Assembly (NCBI GenBank): GCA_030867685.1
Contig: JAQOWU010000008.1
Location: 682,001-746,000 of the forward strand
Source: Wickerhamiella versatilis
Lineage: Eukaryota
DNA: 64,000 nt
Direction: 5' to 3'
Shown here: positions 33,058 through 43,126 of the stretch, piece after piece
How positions within the stretch are numbered: position 1 is the stretch's first letter
Layout: every line of letters begins with the position of its first letter
Made by a program: the position numbers and the translations under genes
The notes under the pieces: model-generated
What the model saw: the letters and a program-made list of their open reading frames with translations, nothing else
Databases searched by the model: none
Told to the model about the DNA's origin: nothing

Positions 33058-34002
33058 TTACCGGTCTTTGTATATGCCAAATAAGTATGCCAGTCGAATC
33101 ACGACCAAATCAATAGCCATTAGCACACTGTCGCGTGCGAGTTCAATTTTAGACCCCGCCACCTCATGCCACGAAATAGAAACTTCGTATATAGGCAATT
33201 TTTTCCGCATTGCGATCATAAGACATTCGACATCGAAGATCCACCTCTCAGTATGTAGATAAGGAAAGATCTCAGCAGCAGCCTGACGACTAAACAGCTT
33301 AAACCCACATTGGGTATCCTTGATGCTCCGGATCCCGAAAACATAGAGAAGTGAATGAAGAGCATGCATTAAAAGATTGCGAATGAAAGTACGCTTCACC
33401 ACCGCATCTGTCTTAACCAGATGCGCCCGACTGCCCACGGCTACCCCTAGGCCTCCCCCAGAATCCACAGCTGCCACTAACTTTTTGACATCAGAGAACC
33501 TCGAGGCCCCATCGGCGTCAGCAAATAGTATTAAACGACCGCGGCTATGCTTCATCCCATGTGCAACAGCACCACCCTTACCTCTGTTATTTTCGAGCAC
33601 ACAAACGCGTAATCTATCGTAAATTTTATTTTCAGCAGCCCAAGCGAGTGCTAAGTTCGCGGTACCATCACTAGAACCATCATCAACAAGCAGGATCTCC
33701 CACGAAACGCCGTAGGTTTTCATTAAGTACGGTACTGCATCCTCCAACATTAAGTGAAGCCGTTCTCTTTCATTGAAGCAAGGACTCACAACGGAAAGCT
33801 CGACTGACGGTGCATCATCGAGTGTGGGAAGCTCGTGAGGGCTAGATTCGTGTCCGGTTTTGTCGATAGTGTAATAAAAGAGCTCAGACTTTCTTGCTTT
33901 ACGTGGTGAATGGCTGAGAAATAAAACAGCAAGATAGAGGGTCAAAGTTGCAATGACCAGCATTGACAATAAAACAACCACCAAACCAGCTGCAGGTCCC
34001 AT
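33058..34002 (-). CDS. ALG5: Dolichyl-phosphate beta-glucosyltransferase
   Basis: N-terminal TM, VDDGSSDGT, NRGKGGAV, FADADGAS, DTQCGFKLF and WIFDVE. Confidence 0.96.
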   Translation of the reverse strand: MGPAAGLVVVLLSMLVIATLTLYLAVLFLSHSPRKARKSELFYYTIDKTGHESSPHELPTLDDAPSVELSVVSPCFNERERLHLMLEDAVPYLMKTYGVSWEILLVDDGSSDGTANLALAWAAENKIYDRLRVCVLENNRGKGGAVAHGMKHSRGRLILFADADGASRFSDVKKLVAAVDSGGGLGVAVGSRAHLVKTDAVVKRTFIRNLLMHALHSLLYVFGIRSIKDTQCGFKLFSRQAAAEIFPYLHTERWIFDVECLMIAMRKKLPIYEVSISWHEVAGSKIELARDSVLMAIDLVVIRLAYLFGIYKDR

Positions 34003-34225
34003 GACACGCCAGTGGTTTGAGATTAGTCACCACTGACGAGGTAAGGTGTATTTATATTTACAACAGTAGATGGTAGGCGGTTGGAGGAACTGGTGGGGAA
34101 GGAACGGGAAAACGGCAAGACATACCAAGAAACTCACATAAGATATTTAGTGCTAAATTTTATGATCGCGTAATACAGAAAAGAAAAATAATTTCAATTC
34201 AGGCGATGATATTAAGTACAATATA

Positions 34226-35779
34226 TTAAGGACCAATTGTTGCCAAAAGGGCATCAACATATTGCCACAATGTTGGATTAACGCAACCAGAATCAACAAT
34301 GGCGGCCACATAGGGGCGCATTAAGGCCTGTCCTCCCTGCAAACTTGCAATATTTTGTAAAACCAACGCGGAAGTGGCGCCAAATGCAGGAGGCGTTCTA
34401 CGCCTGTTGTCCGGTAACAAAGTAGGGTCCTTCGCATAAATAGACGGGGAAACGGCCTTTTCACGAGGCTTGAAGCCACGAATAATAAATTTCTTTTCCC
34501 CAGATGGAGATGTGACCACCATAGCCTCTGCCATCCGGAAGGCTGTGGTCACATTTCTGATAAAGTCAATTGCTCGAAGTAGACGTTTTCCCACCCCTGC
34601 TCGTTGATGTGGTTCAAACGCCGCTTGATACGCATTCCACAGAGAAACCTGGGTCACTTCACCCTCAGGGTCCGGCTCGTAACTGGCTCTGATCCAATTC
34701 GTGGCACGCTCGGGCTCTCCCATGGCTAGGAGCTCCTGCAATATAGGTTGAGTAAGTTGTGGGGGTTCTGCTGGCTGAGGCCGCTTCGTATGACGGGGGA
34801 GACGGATAAAGTCACCCTGCTCACGATCCATCTTATACGTCATGAGCTTTATGAGGGTATCGACTGTGCCACTGACACTAACCTCCTTCTCGTCAGGGAA
34901 CAACTGTTGCAAGGTAGTTGTGCGCATCGTAAACTGATACAATAAATCCAGACTTGCAGAAATAAGCTCCACATCCTGTGTGAGAAGTTGGCGCAGCAAC
35001 AAGGTGATATGACGGCTCTGTAAGGATGCAACATATCCCTTATCGTCATGAACGCTGAGCCGGCTAAGACATCGTTCCGCGCCCACCAGCACACCCCTAT
35101 CATTACTTTCTTGGTCAAGTATTCTGATAAGGCTATTAATGATCTCCACATCAGGCGAGAAATAGAGCGTGGTGTTCTCTGCCAGCTCCAGGCATAACAG
35201 ACGAATTTCCACAAGATGTCCCGCATAATGGTTTGAAGGAAGAAGCAGACCCTTCTTCACTAGGTTTCTCACGCCAGACTGTCGCACAAGAGTCCTAGCA
35301 GTTTCTGGGTCCAGACTAAGGTTTCGAATCACCAGTAGCGCGTCAGCCAGTTTCTGGCGGTTCATAATTTCGTTTTTGTCAGTATCTTCAAACTCCCTTA
35401 GAGTCTTGACGCCCTTCTCCCAAAGCGTCTCTGTATAGTCTGCTATCATTTTCAGGACATCAATGTGGGAGGCATCTCGGAGAGCATCTGGCCTGCCAAA
35501 CGAAAGCTCCATTAATGCCGAAATGGCCCACTCCTGTTCTTCAGCGACACCTGACTCGAGACTCATGATAATCCGCTGCAGCCATTCGACACCTCGTGCC
35601 CCTGCACCAATCGCGAGTGGTCGGTCTGGTCGCCGATACAGTGAGGGAGGGAAGAGTTGAGGACTTACTGCAGGCGTCATGACAGTCAAGCCTATAGGTG
35701 GAAGATTATATAGCGGCGCTTGACTGGACGCGTCCTCTGAAAAATTACCGATCCCAATGTGTTCCGGACTCAGCGTCAT
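34226..35779 (-). CDS. RSC9: RSC complex subunit Rsc9 (ARM plus RFX-like winged helix)
   Basis: RIIMSLESG..EEQEWA, EPERATNWIRASYEPD..GEVTQVSLWNAY and KFIIRG. Confidence 0.85.
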   Translation of the reverse strand: MTLSPEHIGIGNFSEDASSQAPLYNLPPIGLTVMTPAVSPQLFPPSLYRRPDRPLAIGAGARGVEWLQRIIMSLESGVAEEQEWAISALMELSFGRPDALRDASHIDVLKMIADYTETLWEKGVKTLREFEDTDKNEIMNRQKLADALLVIRNLSLDPETARTLVRQSGVRNLVKKGLLLPSNHYAGHLVEIRLLCLELAENTTLYFSPDVEIINSLIRILDQESNDRGVLVGAERCLSRLSVHDDKGYVASLQSRHITLLLRQLLTQDVELISASLDLLYQFTMRTTTLQQLFPDEKEVSVSGTVDTLIKLMTYKMDREQGDFIRLPRHTKRPQPAEPPQLTQPILQELLAMGEPERATNWIRASYEPDPEGEVTQVSLWNAYQAAFEPHQRAGVGKRLLRAIDFIRNVTTAFRMAEAMVVTSPSGEKKFIIRGFKPREKAVSPSIYAKDPTLLPDNRRRTPPAFGATSALVLQNIASLQGGQALMRPYVAAIVDSGCVNPTLWQYVDALLATIGP

Positions 35780-36600
35780 GGTACTTCACAGACACAGTGA
35801 CCGTTCCACTGTTTGATGAATAATCAGACAACCGTGACTTTGACTGTACCTTAGAATTTAGCCAGGACATATTACCTTGACCGCGGTAGAAGTGACAGGG
35901 CCTTATAATTCCTGGTAATGAAATAAACTAAAAAGAAAAAAAAAGGAGGAGAAATAAATTGCTCTTTAACCCATCATATGGCAAGTGTTCTCAGGAACTC
36001 CACTTCCACTATTGAAAACCAATTTCAGACTATGGAGATACGATATTTTCATAACCTATTTCCGGACAGCTACCTTGGTATGTAGACTTAACATACAGTT
36101 AACACCGTCCGCACATACCCTAACCTTTATACACATTTCGTTTCGATCTGCAGTCAGTATCGATCTTTAATTCGACAATGTAACAGTCAATATAAGGCAC
36201 ACACAATACAGCATGAACTCTTGAATACTATTATGTGCATCCAAAGATTATTATTTACATCTCCAATGAAATATTGCTATGCTTCGTAGTGCGACCACAC
36301 TTAGTGACATAATCAACCCTTAGGCTAATGCGAAGTTCTGCGACTATGCAATAACATACTTGCCACTGGATTGTATAAAGAACTGGTGCAGGTGCTGGAG
36401 GTTTATCTAATTCCGTACACATTACTTACTATATGCTTAAATCAATATTATAAGTGTTATTACTACTTCGGTGGCTGGTCCGCCGTATTCCGATCACCGA
36501 AAATGGAATTGATGATTCATCTGTTTTTTACCTCAACCTATAAAAGCTTTGAACCGAGCTCATTGTGAGCAAATTAATTGTGAAGAATATCTGGTGAGTT

Positions 36601-38463
36601 ATGAGAACCTCCAGTATAGTAGCAATAGTATGTACATTGTGCACGGTGTGCAGTTCGCACATTAGTAGTGGCACTGCCTCAGGTTCTGCACAGGGTGCAT
36701 TAATTTCTCGGGATGAGGATCATAATATGAATCACGGAGACCATGGTGGCGAATCATCGTCGGATGATAATTCTGGTGAACATGATAGCATGGATCCTTC
36801 GCCTATGTCTATGAATATGCATCATGGGCGTCCTGCCCTAGAGCAGCCGGACCTGGAGCCCCAGCAACGTAAATACTGGGAGCAATATAATGTGACTACT
36901 TTTTTCAACGCTGATAAAGGGAGTAAAGCGTTGCTTCTTTTGCATTCTGGGCTCACTGTACTTGCATGGGGAATCCTCTATCCCACCACTGTGATGATGA
37001 GCACTGATGCCAGGGCCCAATGGTTCTACGTTCCCCTCCAGTCACTTCAGGCAGTCATATCAGCGCTCGCGGTCCTATTTCTCCTAATGTATCTTCCCAC
37101 GGCGCCTGATATCTACCCCGGTGCCATATATCCTGCGGTCACAATCGCTATGCTTCTCCTCGTTACGGTTCACTGGCTGGCAATGATAGTGAAGTCAATT
37201 ATTAGTTACATCCATCAAACGAATTCCGAAGACACACAGTATGTTCTGGCGGATCTTCAGAGCCCGGAGCATCAACATAGTAATTATTTGGGGGATTCAA
37301 GGCATAGCGGTTCACATGACGATGCTGAATTATCCTATTCGGATACAATCCACTCTCCGACATCTTTTGACATGGAAGATGAGGCAAGGATTGGATCTCC
37401 ATCATATCGGGGAGCCCAGCCTAGGCCGTCAGCCTTAGTGTCACGGTTAGCCAAGAACTCTTTCTTCATGAAACTCACGCATGCGACTGAGAGCATTTCT
37501 CAGATAATATTCAGCATATTAAATTTCCCCCTACTGGTTCTTGGTGTGCAATATCTTCTACTTGGGATCGCCACTGGGTTCTGTCTCGGTAAGGGCCATA
37601 ACGTCTTCGCTTTGCTGGCCCATTTCATTAAGGGATCTGTATTTTTCATGTTGGGATTTTTCGAGTTAGCACGCTATTTTGGTGCCTTTGCAGAATATGG
37701 AATGGCTTGGAATGCTAGATTCGTAGAATCGGTGTATCCTGTTAAACGAACAGGACCCTCCACCAGAACCCGCTTTTGGTGGCTCTCATATTTCCGGTTT
37801 TGGCCGGAACACCCCACCATGGAGTTTTGGCAATGTTTCCTAATTTTTTTCTACGGGTCTACTAATGTTTTTCTTGAGCATCTTGGCAACAATGATGGCG
37901 GAAAATGGTCACATAAGGATCTGCAGCATGCATCCATTGCATTCATGTTTTTTGGAGGGGGACTTTGTGGTCTTGTTCTTGAATCAACTACTGTCAAACG
38001 CGCAATGTGTTCGGCATTTGGTACAGATTACCAACCGCCTACTGTTTGCACCTATTCTCTTAACCCAATGCCTGCATTCATCATATTTTGGACCGGTGCA
38101 TTGATGTCTCGCCATCAGCAGGAAACTGAGCTTTCTACTGCCATACATATTCAATGGGGAAGTATGTTCAGCATTGCCGCAGTCTTGAGACTAATTACAT
38201 TGGCGCTACTCTACGTTCGAAGTACCCCCTCTGATGGAACCCCTCAGAGACCATTCACAGAAGTTCTTGCGGCTTCCTGTCTGGTATGTGGTGGTTTGAT
38301 ATTTATGTCGTCTAATCGGGAGACTGTAGAGGCGGAAATCTACCGCGGTTTCGATCAAATGTTCACTTTAAATGTAAGTGTTGGTGTCACCGTGCTCCTT
38401 CTCGCAATGTTTTCTTTGGCTTTGGCGCTCAAAGGCTGGGCTGCCGGCCGTGGAAACATTTAA
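36601..38463 (+). CDS. Ytp1/DUF2427-family multipass membrane protein (YCR061W-like)
   Basis: Signal peptide, His/Met-rich N-terminus, LAHFIKGSVFF, YGSTNVFLEH, WSHKDLQH and HQQETELSTAIH.QWG. Confidence 0.85.
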   Translation: MRTSSIVAIVCTLCTVCSSHISSGTASGSAQGALISRDEDHNMNHGDHGGESSSDDNSGEHDSMDPSPMSMNMHHGRPALEQPDLEPQQRKYWEQYNVTTFFNADKGSKALLLLHSGLTVLAWGILYPTTVMMSTDARAQWFYVPLQSLQAVISALAVLFLLMYLPTAPDIYPGAIYPAVTIAMLLLVTVHWLAMIVKSIISYIHQTNSEDTQYVLADLQSPEHQHSNYLGDSRHSGSHDDAELSYSDTIHSPTSFDMEDEARIGSPSYRGAQPRPSALVSRLAKNSFFMKLTHATESISQIIFSILNFPLLVLGVQYLLLGIATGFCLGKGHNVFALLAHFIKGSVFFMLGFFELARYFGAFAEYGMAWNARFVESVYPVKRTGPSTRTRFWWLSYFRFWPEHPTMEFWQCFLIFFYGSTNVFLEHLGNNDGGKWSHKDLQHASIAFMFFGGGLCGLVLESTTVKRAMCSAFGTDYQPPTVCTYSLNPMPAFIIFWTGALMSRHQQETELSTAIHIQWGSMFSIAAVLRLITLALLYVRSTPSDGTPQRPFTEVLAASCLVCGGLIFMSSNRETVEAEIYRGFDQMFTLNVSVGVTVLLLAMFSLALALKGWAAGRGNI

Positions 38464-38579
38464 TATGTTTAACTGCATAAACCATAGCGTGGCTTCTAAA
38501 TACTAATAAAAGTTCAGTATTAGTTTATCAGTCGAATATACAAAAAGGTTGCAAGCATAAGTCAAAGTCATAAGCACTC

Positions 38580-39305
38580 TTAAAACTTGTCTTCGATATC
38601 AGTGGTTAGGCGTCGGGTCTCCAACGGCTCATACGGACCATGATGGCCGCCATTAGCAGTCATTCCAGTCCAAAACTTTTCAAACGGACGAATTAACAAA
38701 TACTGAATTCGCGAAGCGAGAGTATTCGAAGGCTCTCCGTTGTTAGAGCGGAGCCCACACTTTCGGACAAGATGTCTTGCATATCCGATAATTACCATCA
38801 TGAAATAAAAACGCATAAGTAGTGTCAAAGTGGTAAAAACAACTGTTGTTGCTAGTTCTTGGCCAACAGTTGTACTCTTGTTACTTTCGACACCTGCTGG
38901 ATTTGGAAGAGTCCCATTATTGTTCGAACCATATCCTTCCGGGAGATTGTTACTTGCTTTGAAGCCAATGGCGAACCAGTTCACAATGAAAAAAATGGTG
39001 AACCCAAGGCTCAGAAAAACATCAAATATATAAATATAAGTGAATGCCAAAGATCGCAAGGGTCGTCGTCTCCTGATACTAAAGAACCCCCAGATAACTA
39101 TGTTCAAAGCTAAAATGCTGAAAATGTTCAAAGCCCACTGCATGGCTGTGAGTCCGCTACCAGTGAAAATACCACCGAGGCCATAGGGCGCACTGGCCTT
39201 GTTCAGTATCGATGTAGCCGCTATCAGCTCACCCCCAGTCTGTATAGGGATGAAATAAAAAAAACTGCGAGGTACTAGACTGAACCGCGAGAGAGATATC
39301 CTCAT
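38580..39305 (-). CDS. KEI1: IPC synthase regulatory subunit Kei1 (DUF1753)
   Basis: PRSFFYFIPIQTGGELI...NKASAPYGL, several TM helices and LLMRFYF. Confidence 0.8.
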   Translation of the reverse strand: MRISLSRFSLVPRSFFYFIPIQTGGELIAATSILNKASAPYGLGGIFTGSGLTAMQWALNIFSILALNIVIWGFFSIRRRRPLRSLAFTYIYIFDVFLSLGFTIFFIVNWFAIGFKASNNLPEGYGSNNNGTLPNPAGVESNKSTTVGQELATTVVFTTLTLLMRFYFMMVIIGYARHLVRKCGLRSNNGEPSNTLASRIQYLLIRPFEKFWTGMTANGGHHGPYEPLETRRLTTDIEDKF

Positions 39306-39396
39306 GGCGTCTGGGTCGTATCCTCTAAGCAGACTAACCAGGAATTAAGTAATAAGTTGACTTGAGTATTAATCAACTAGATTTTATTTCTTCACC

Positions 39397-40701
39397 ATGG
39401 GTGAAGATATGAGCCACTTAATGGACCGTCTTTCAATTGGAGACACGGATGAGTTTTTTAAGAGAGGGACACGGTCAAATAAATCAGCAGGGAATGTTAC
39501 AGACAGGGCGGATCGAGCTACCCAAGATCAGGTTTTAGATGCAAGAACACGAATGATATTGTTCAAAATGATCAATCGGGGGGTATTTGACGAATTTAGA
39601 GGGTGCCTTTCGACTGGAAAAGAAGCTAATGTGTATCGTGCCACCTGCGGTAATGGACAGTTAGCTGTCAAGGTTTACAAAACGTCAATTCTGGTTTTTA
39701 AAGATCGGGATCGTTATGTTACTGGTGAGTATCGCTTTAGGTTTGGCTATTCGCGGAGCAATCCTCGGAAAATGGTAAAACTCTGGGCCGAAAAAGAGAC
39801 TCGGAACCTTAAAAGAATATGGAAATCAGACATACCTGTACCGAAACCTCTACATCTCATTGATCATGTTCTTGTCATGGAGTTTCTAGGTGATGAAAAT
39901 GGTTGGCCGTCTCCCAGGCTGAAGGATGCTGATATTAACCCCGAAATGTATCCCTCGCTATATTTACAATTGCTGGCCTACATGCGAATACTTTTTCAAG
40001 AATGCCGGCTTGTTCATGCAGACTTATCAGAATATAATATCCTGTGGCATTGCAACCGTTTGTACATAATTGATGTTTCCCAATCTGTTGAGCATGACCA
40101 TCCCGCATCTTTAGAATTCATGCGAATGGACATTAAAAATGTGAATGGTTATTTCTCACGCCAAGGGGTCAAACCGTTCTCTGAGCGTCGAATATTTAGG
40201 TTTATCACGACAGAAGGCTCAGGTGAGCCTGAAACAGCAGAAGATTTAATGGCAAGACTACAGGCGTTACCCGAGGAGGAGGTTACTGAGGAATCAATCA
40301 GTGAGGATGCTGTTTTTAGATCAGTTTATATTCCTCGCAGTCTTAACGATGTATTTGATGCTGAGCGAGATGTGGATAAGGTTCAGAATGCAGCGAAAGA
40401 TGACCTTATTTATAAGGACCTTCTACGTACTGAGAATACGGAGGATGTAACCTCGGAAAGCAGTAGCGAGTCAGAAGAAAGCAGTAAGAGCTCCGATGAC
40501 GAGGAAATAGGTGATGTCTGGGACCAGCATTGGGATTCGCGGTCGCAACCGGACCGCAAGTTTACAGATCGGGCTGCAAACAAAGAGCGGAAGAAACAAG
40601 TGAAGCAGGAGAATCAAGAAAAGAGGGCACAAAAATTAAAGAAAAAAGATAAAAAGAAACTTATATCCCGGTCACAAGCGAAGTCGAAAGGAAAACATTG
40701 A
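39397..40701 (+). CDS. RIO1: Atypical protein kinase Rio1
   Basis: STGKEANVY, KVYKTSILVFKDRDRYV, LVHADLSEYN, IIDVSQSVEHDHP and Lys-rich tail. Confidence 0.97.
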   Translation: MGEDMSHLMDRLSIGDTDEFFKRGTRSNKSAGNVTDRADRATQDQVLDARTRMILFKMINRGVFDEFRGCLSTGKEANVYRATCGNGQLAVKVYKTSILVFKDRDRYVTGEYRFRFGYSRSNPRKMVKLWAEKETRNLKRIWKSDIPVPKPLHLIDHVLVMEFLGDENGWPSPRLKDADINPEMYPSLYLQLLAYMRILFQECRLVHADLSEYNILWHCNRLYIIDVSQSVEHDHPASLEFMRMDIKNVNGYFSRQGVKPFSERRIFRFITTEGSGEPETAEDLMARLQALPEEEVTEESISEDAVFRSVYIPRSLNDVFDAERDVDKVQNAAKDDLIYKDLLRTENTEDVTSESSSESEESSKSSDDEEIGDVWDQHWDSRSQPDRKFTDRAANKERKKQVKQENQEKRAQKLKKKDKKKLISRSQAKSKGKH

Positions 40702-40931
40702 ATTGGAAATACAGTGCCTCCTCAAATTACTTTTTTAATGGGTGATGTCCTAGCTTTACTCTTAAATGCATCAACATAGATATTTAATTTTTTTGCAAAT
40801 AGAGCCCGGATTTTTAGCTTAGCTCACGGGACCCTATCTGGTAGGGCTAGGGTATTCTCATCGAGGGTTGTGATGGGAGAGGTGGTAGGGCAGATGTAAC
40901 ATTCCACCTTCGATTCATAGAGTTTGGGTTT

Positions 40932-41243
40932 ATGGGTCTCCTATCATGTCTTGGGTGCCAATCCGGCGATGCAAAGGGCTCTAAAGAGAAGAATACCCAG
41001 AAGAAGGTAGACGACGCTAGTAAAAATGCACCTAACAAGGAAGATTCAAATCCAGATCAAGAATTTAGCCAAACGCTCCAGATTAAGGACTCGGAACTAG
41101 AGGATTATCCAAAATCCACATATACCGGTGATACGGGCGCGGCAGTGGATCCTGATGGCGACTTTTATAGTGCTCTGGAAGAAGAAGAAGAAGAAATTCC
41201 TACTCACGTAGATAATCAAATACCATCCGGGCTAAGGATGTAA
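40932..41243 (+). CDS. Small acidic hypothetical protein with N-terminal Gly/Cys lipidation-like motif
   Basis: 103-aa ATG ORF filling an intergenic gap, followed by an AT-rich terminator-like tract; starts MGLLSCLGC. Confidence 0.6.
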   Translation: MGLLSCLGCQSGDAKGSKEKNTQKKVDDASKNAPNKEDSNPDQEFSQTLQIKDSELEDYPKSTYTGDTGAAVDPDGDFYSALEEEEEEIPTHVDNQIPSGLRM

Positions 41244-41492
41244 TAATTTCTCTAGGCGTCCTACAATATCATAATTATCAAATTTAATAAATTATTTTTA
41301 ATCGAAAGTTTTAGCAGTGTTTAGTCCTTTCAGAGGTCAAATAGAATGAACACACATAGAGTATTGGTGTTCATGCTATCTAGTAACAAGTAATACAAGA
41401 TAGATTACCTTGATGCAGCCAATCCCGTTGTTCATCGATCAAGCTATTCTCGTGAGATAGAAAGATTCAGCGCACACACATATGAGTTTGTC

Positions 41493-43073
41493 ATGCCCCC
41501 CACTGTGAGTACCCGAAGCTACTATATCTTCGGCCTACCTGATGAGCTGAAGCGATCGCTAAGGCCTTTCAAGGTGAGCTTGGAAGAAGAATCTCCAGAG
41601 GTGAGTACCTCAGACAGTGATTCCGATGAGTATTCTTCGGAATCAGAGTCAGAGGAAGTGAAGGAGGGTCCGAAGCACCGGCAAACTAATAATGATGAGG
41701 AGGATGAAGAGCTTTGGAAAATCACAAACTATGCACACATTCACGGCTCGCCATATGTCAATTTTACAAGTTCGCTATTGGAAGAAGGCAAAGTACTCTC
41801 CATTTTTAAATGTGCCTTGGATCGGGAACTTGTGGCAAATCGCTCGCTAGATGCTCTGGAAAAACTTCAACCTGAAGGCAAAAGTGCTGTCTTGCTAGTT
41901 GGAGGTGGGCATTTTGCCGGTGCTATCATTTCCCACAAGCGAGGTAATCATAAAACAAATATCTCGAACCCATTTGCTAACATATTTGTTCTTGAATCCA
42001 AATCTTTCCACCGTTACACTGTACGACGAAAGCAGGGAGGTGCTCAAAGTGCCAGTGATAATGCTCATGGCAAGGCGAATTCTGCTGGATCAACTATTCG
42101 ACGAGCAAATGAACGCATGTTGCAGCAGGAGATCCATCAGCTCCTCGAATCCTGGAAGGATCACCTCAAGGATTGTTATCGCATATTTTACCGAGCATCA
42201 GGGAAATCTAATCGTGGACTTATTTTTGGATATCCTAATGCTGTTATTGATACTCGTGACGAGCGACTCAGTCAAATACCATTTGCAACTGGAAGACCAA
42301 CTTATGATGAATGCCGTCGCGTATGGCTTCAGATAACCCGTGCGCGTGTTCAAGATGCTCCTCATTTTGATGTTGTTCAACAACGTGAGGCAGCCGCGAA
42401 AGCCGTCCCAGAACCTGCCGCACCCAGTCCGACTCCACAGAAACCCAAAGAGATACCTGTCGAAGAAAGGCTAAGCCGCAAGATTGTTGACTTGGTCAAA
42501 AGGTCGCGCTTAGCGCAGTTAAAGCAGCTTTACGAGGAAAATAAACTCAGCTGGGATTTCGAGCTTCAGCCAGCTCAAAAATTCCTCAGTTGTCCCACTG
42601 CATTGCTCTATGCCGCAACCCTTGACAAGCAACATGTAGTTATATCCCTTTTACAGTGGGGAGCTAGTCCTACAGTACGTTCTCACAATGGACAGACGCT
42701 TGGAGAGATAGCCAGTCCGCATGAGAAGACTTCAAGAGCGTTGCAAGATTTACGCAGCAAACTTGGAGAAGCATTCTGTGATTGGAATGGTGCGAAAGTT
42801 GGTCCACCAATGACCAAGGAAGAATTCTTGGCGAGTGACACGGAAGCAAAGCTAAAGCTTCGTGACGAACGTAATAAAGAAGTACACAGACAAGACGCCG
42901 CGGAAAAACACGAAAAGTTAGAAAAATTAATTGCAAAGCATGGTACGGGCAGAGCAACAGGAGGTACACATAATGATACCCGAGGGTTATCAGAAGAGGA
43001 ACTGCGCCACGTTGAAAGAGAAAGACGAGCTCGCGCGGCCGAGGCTCGAATGAAACGACTTGGTGGTAAATAG
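41493..43073 (+). CDS. VMS1: Vms1/ANKZF1 (VLRF1 domain, ankyrin repeats, C-terminal VIM)
   Basis: GGGHFAGAI, KSFHRYTVRRKQGGAQS, SAGSTIRRANE, ankyrin-like TALLYAA and VIM-like RERRARAAEAR. Confidence 0.92.
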   Translation: MPPTVSTRSYYIFGLPDELKRSLRPFKVSLEEESPEVSTSDSDSDEYSSESESEEVKEGPKHRQTNNDEEDEELWKITNYAHIHGSPYVNFTSSLLEEGKVLSIFKCALDRELVANRSLDALEKLQPEGKSAVLLVGGGHFAGAIISHKRGNHKTNISNPFANIFVLESKSFHRYTVRRKQGGAQSASDNAHGKANSAGSTIRRANERMLQQEIHQLLESWKDHLKDCYRIFYRASGKSNRGLIFGYPNAVIDTRDERLSQIPFATGRPTYDECRRVWLQITRARVQDAPHFDVVQQREAAAKAVPEPAAPSPTPQKPKEIPVEERLSRKIVDLVKRSRLAQLKQLYEENKLSWDFELQPAQKFLSCPTALLYAATLDKQHVVISLLQWGASPTVRSHNGQTLGEIASPHEKTSRALQDLRSKLGEAFCDWNGAKVGPPMTKEEFLASDTEAKLKLRDERNKEVHRQDAAEKHEKLEKLIAKHGTGRATGGTHNDTRGLSEEELRHVERERRARAAEARMKRLGGK

Positions 43074-43126
43074 ATAATAAATAATACATGAATCTATGCA
43101 GATGGGTATATATGCAGGTTTATAAA

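Noticed and set aside
35985-36568. Short ORFs in the RSC9/Ytp1-family divergent region
   Set aside because: Non-ATG starts, AT-rich, and no tRNA or snRNA signatures seen.
41341-41379. Hairpin ATGAACAC/GTGTTCAT upstream of VMS1
   Set aside because: Isolated 8-12 bp stem with no box motifs; compatible with chance.
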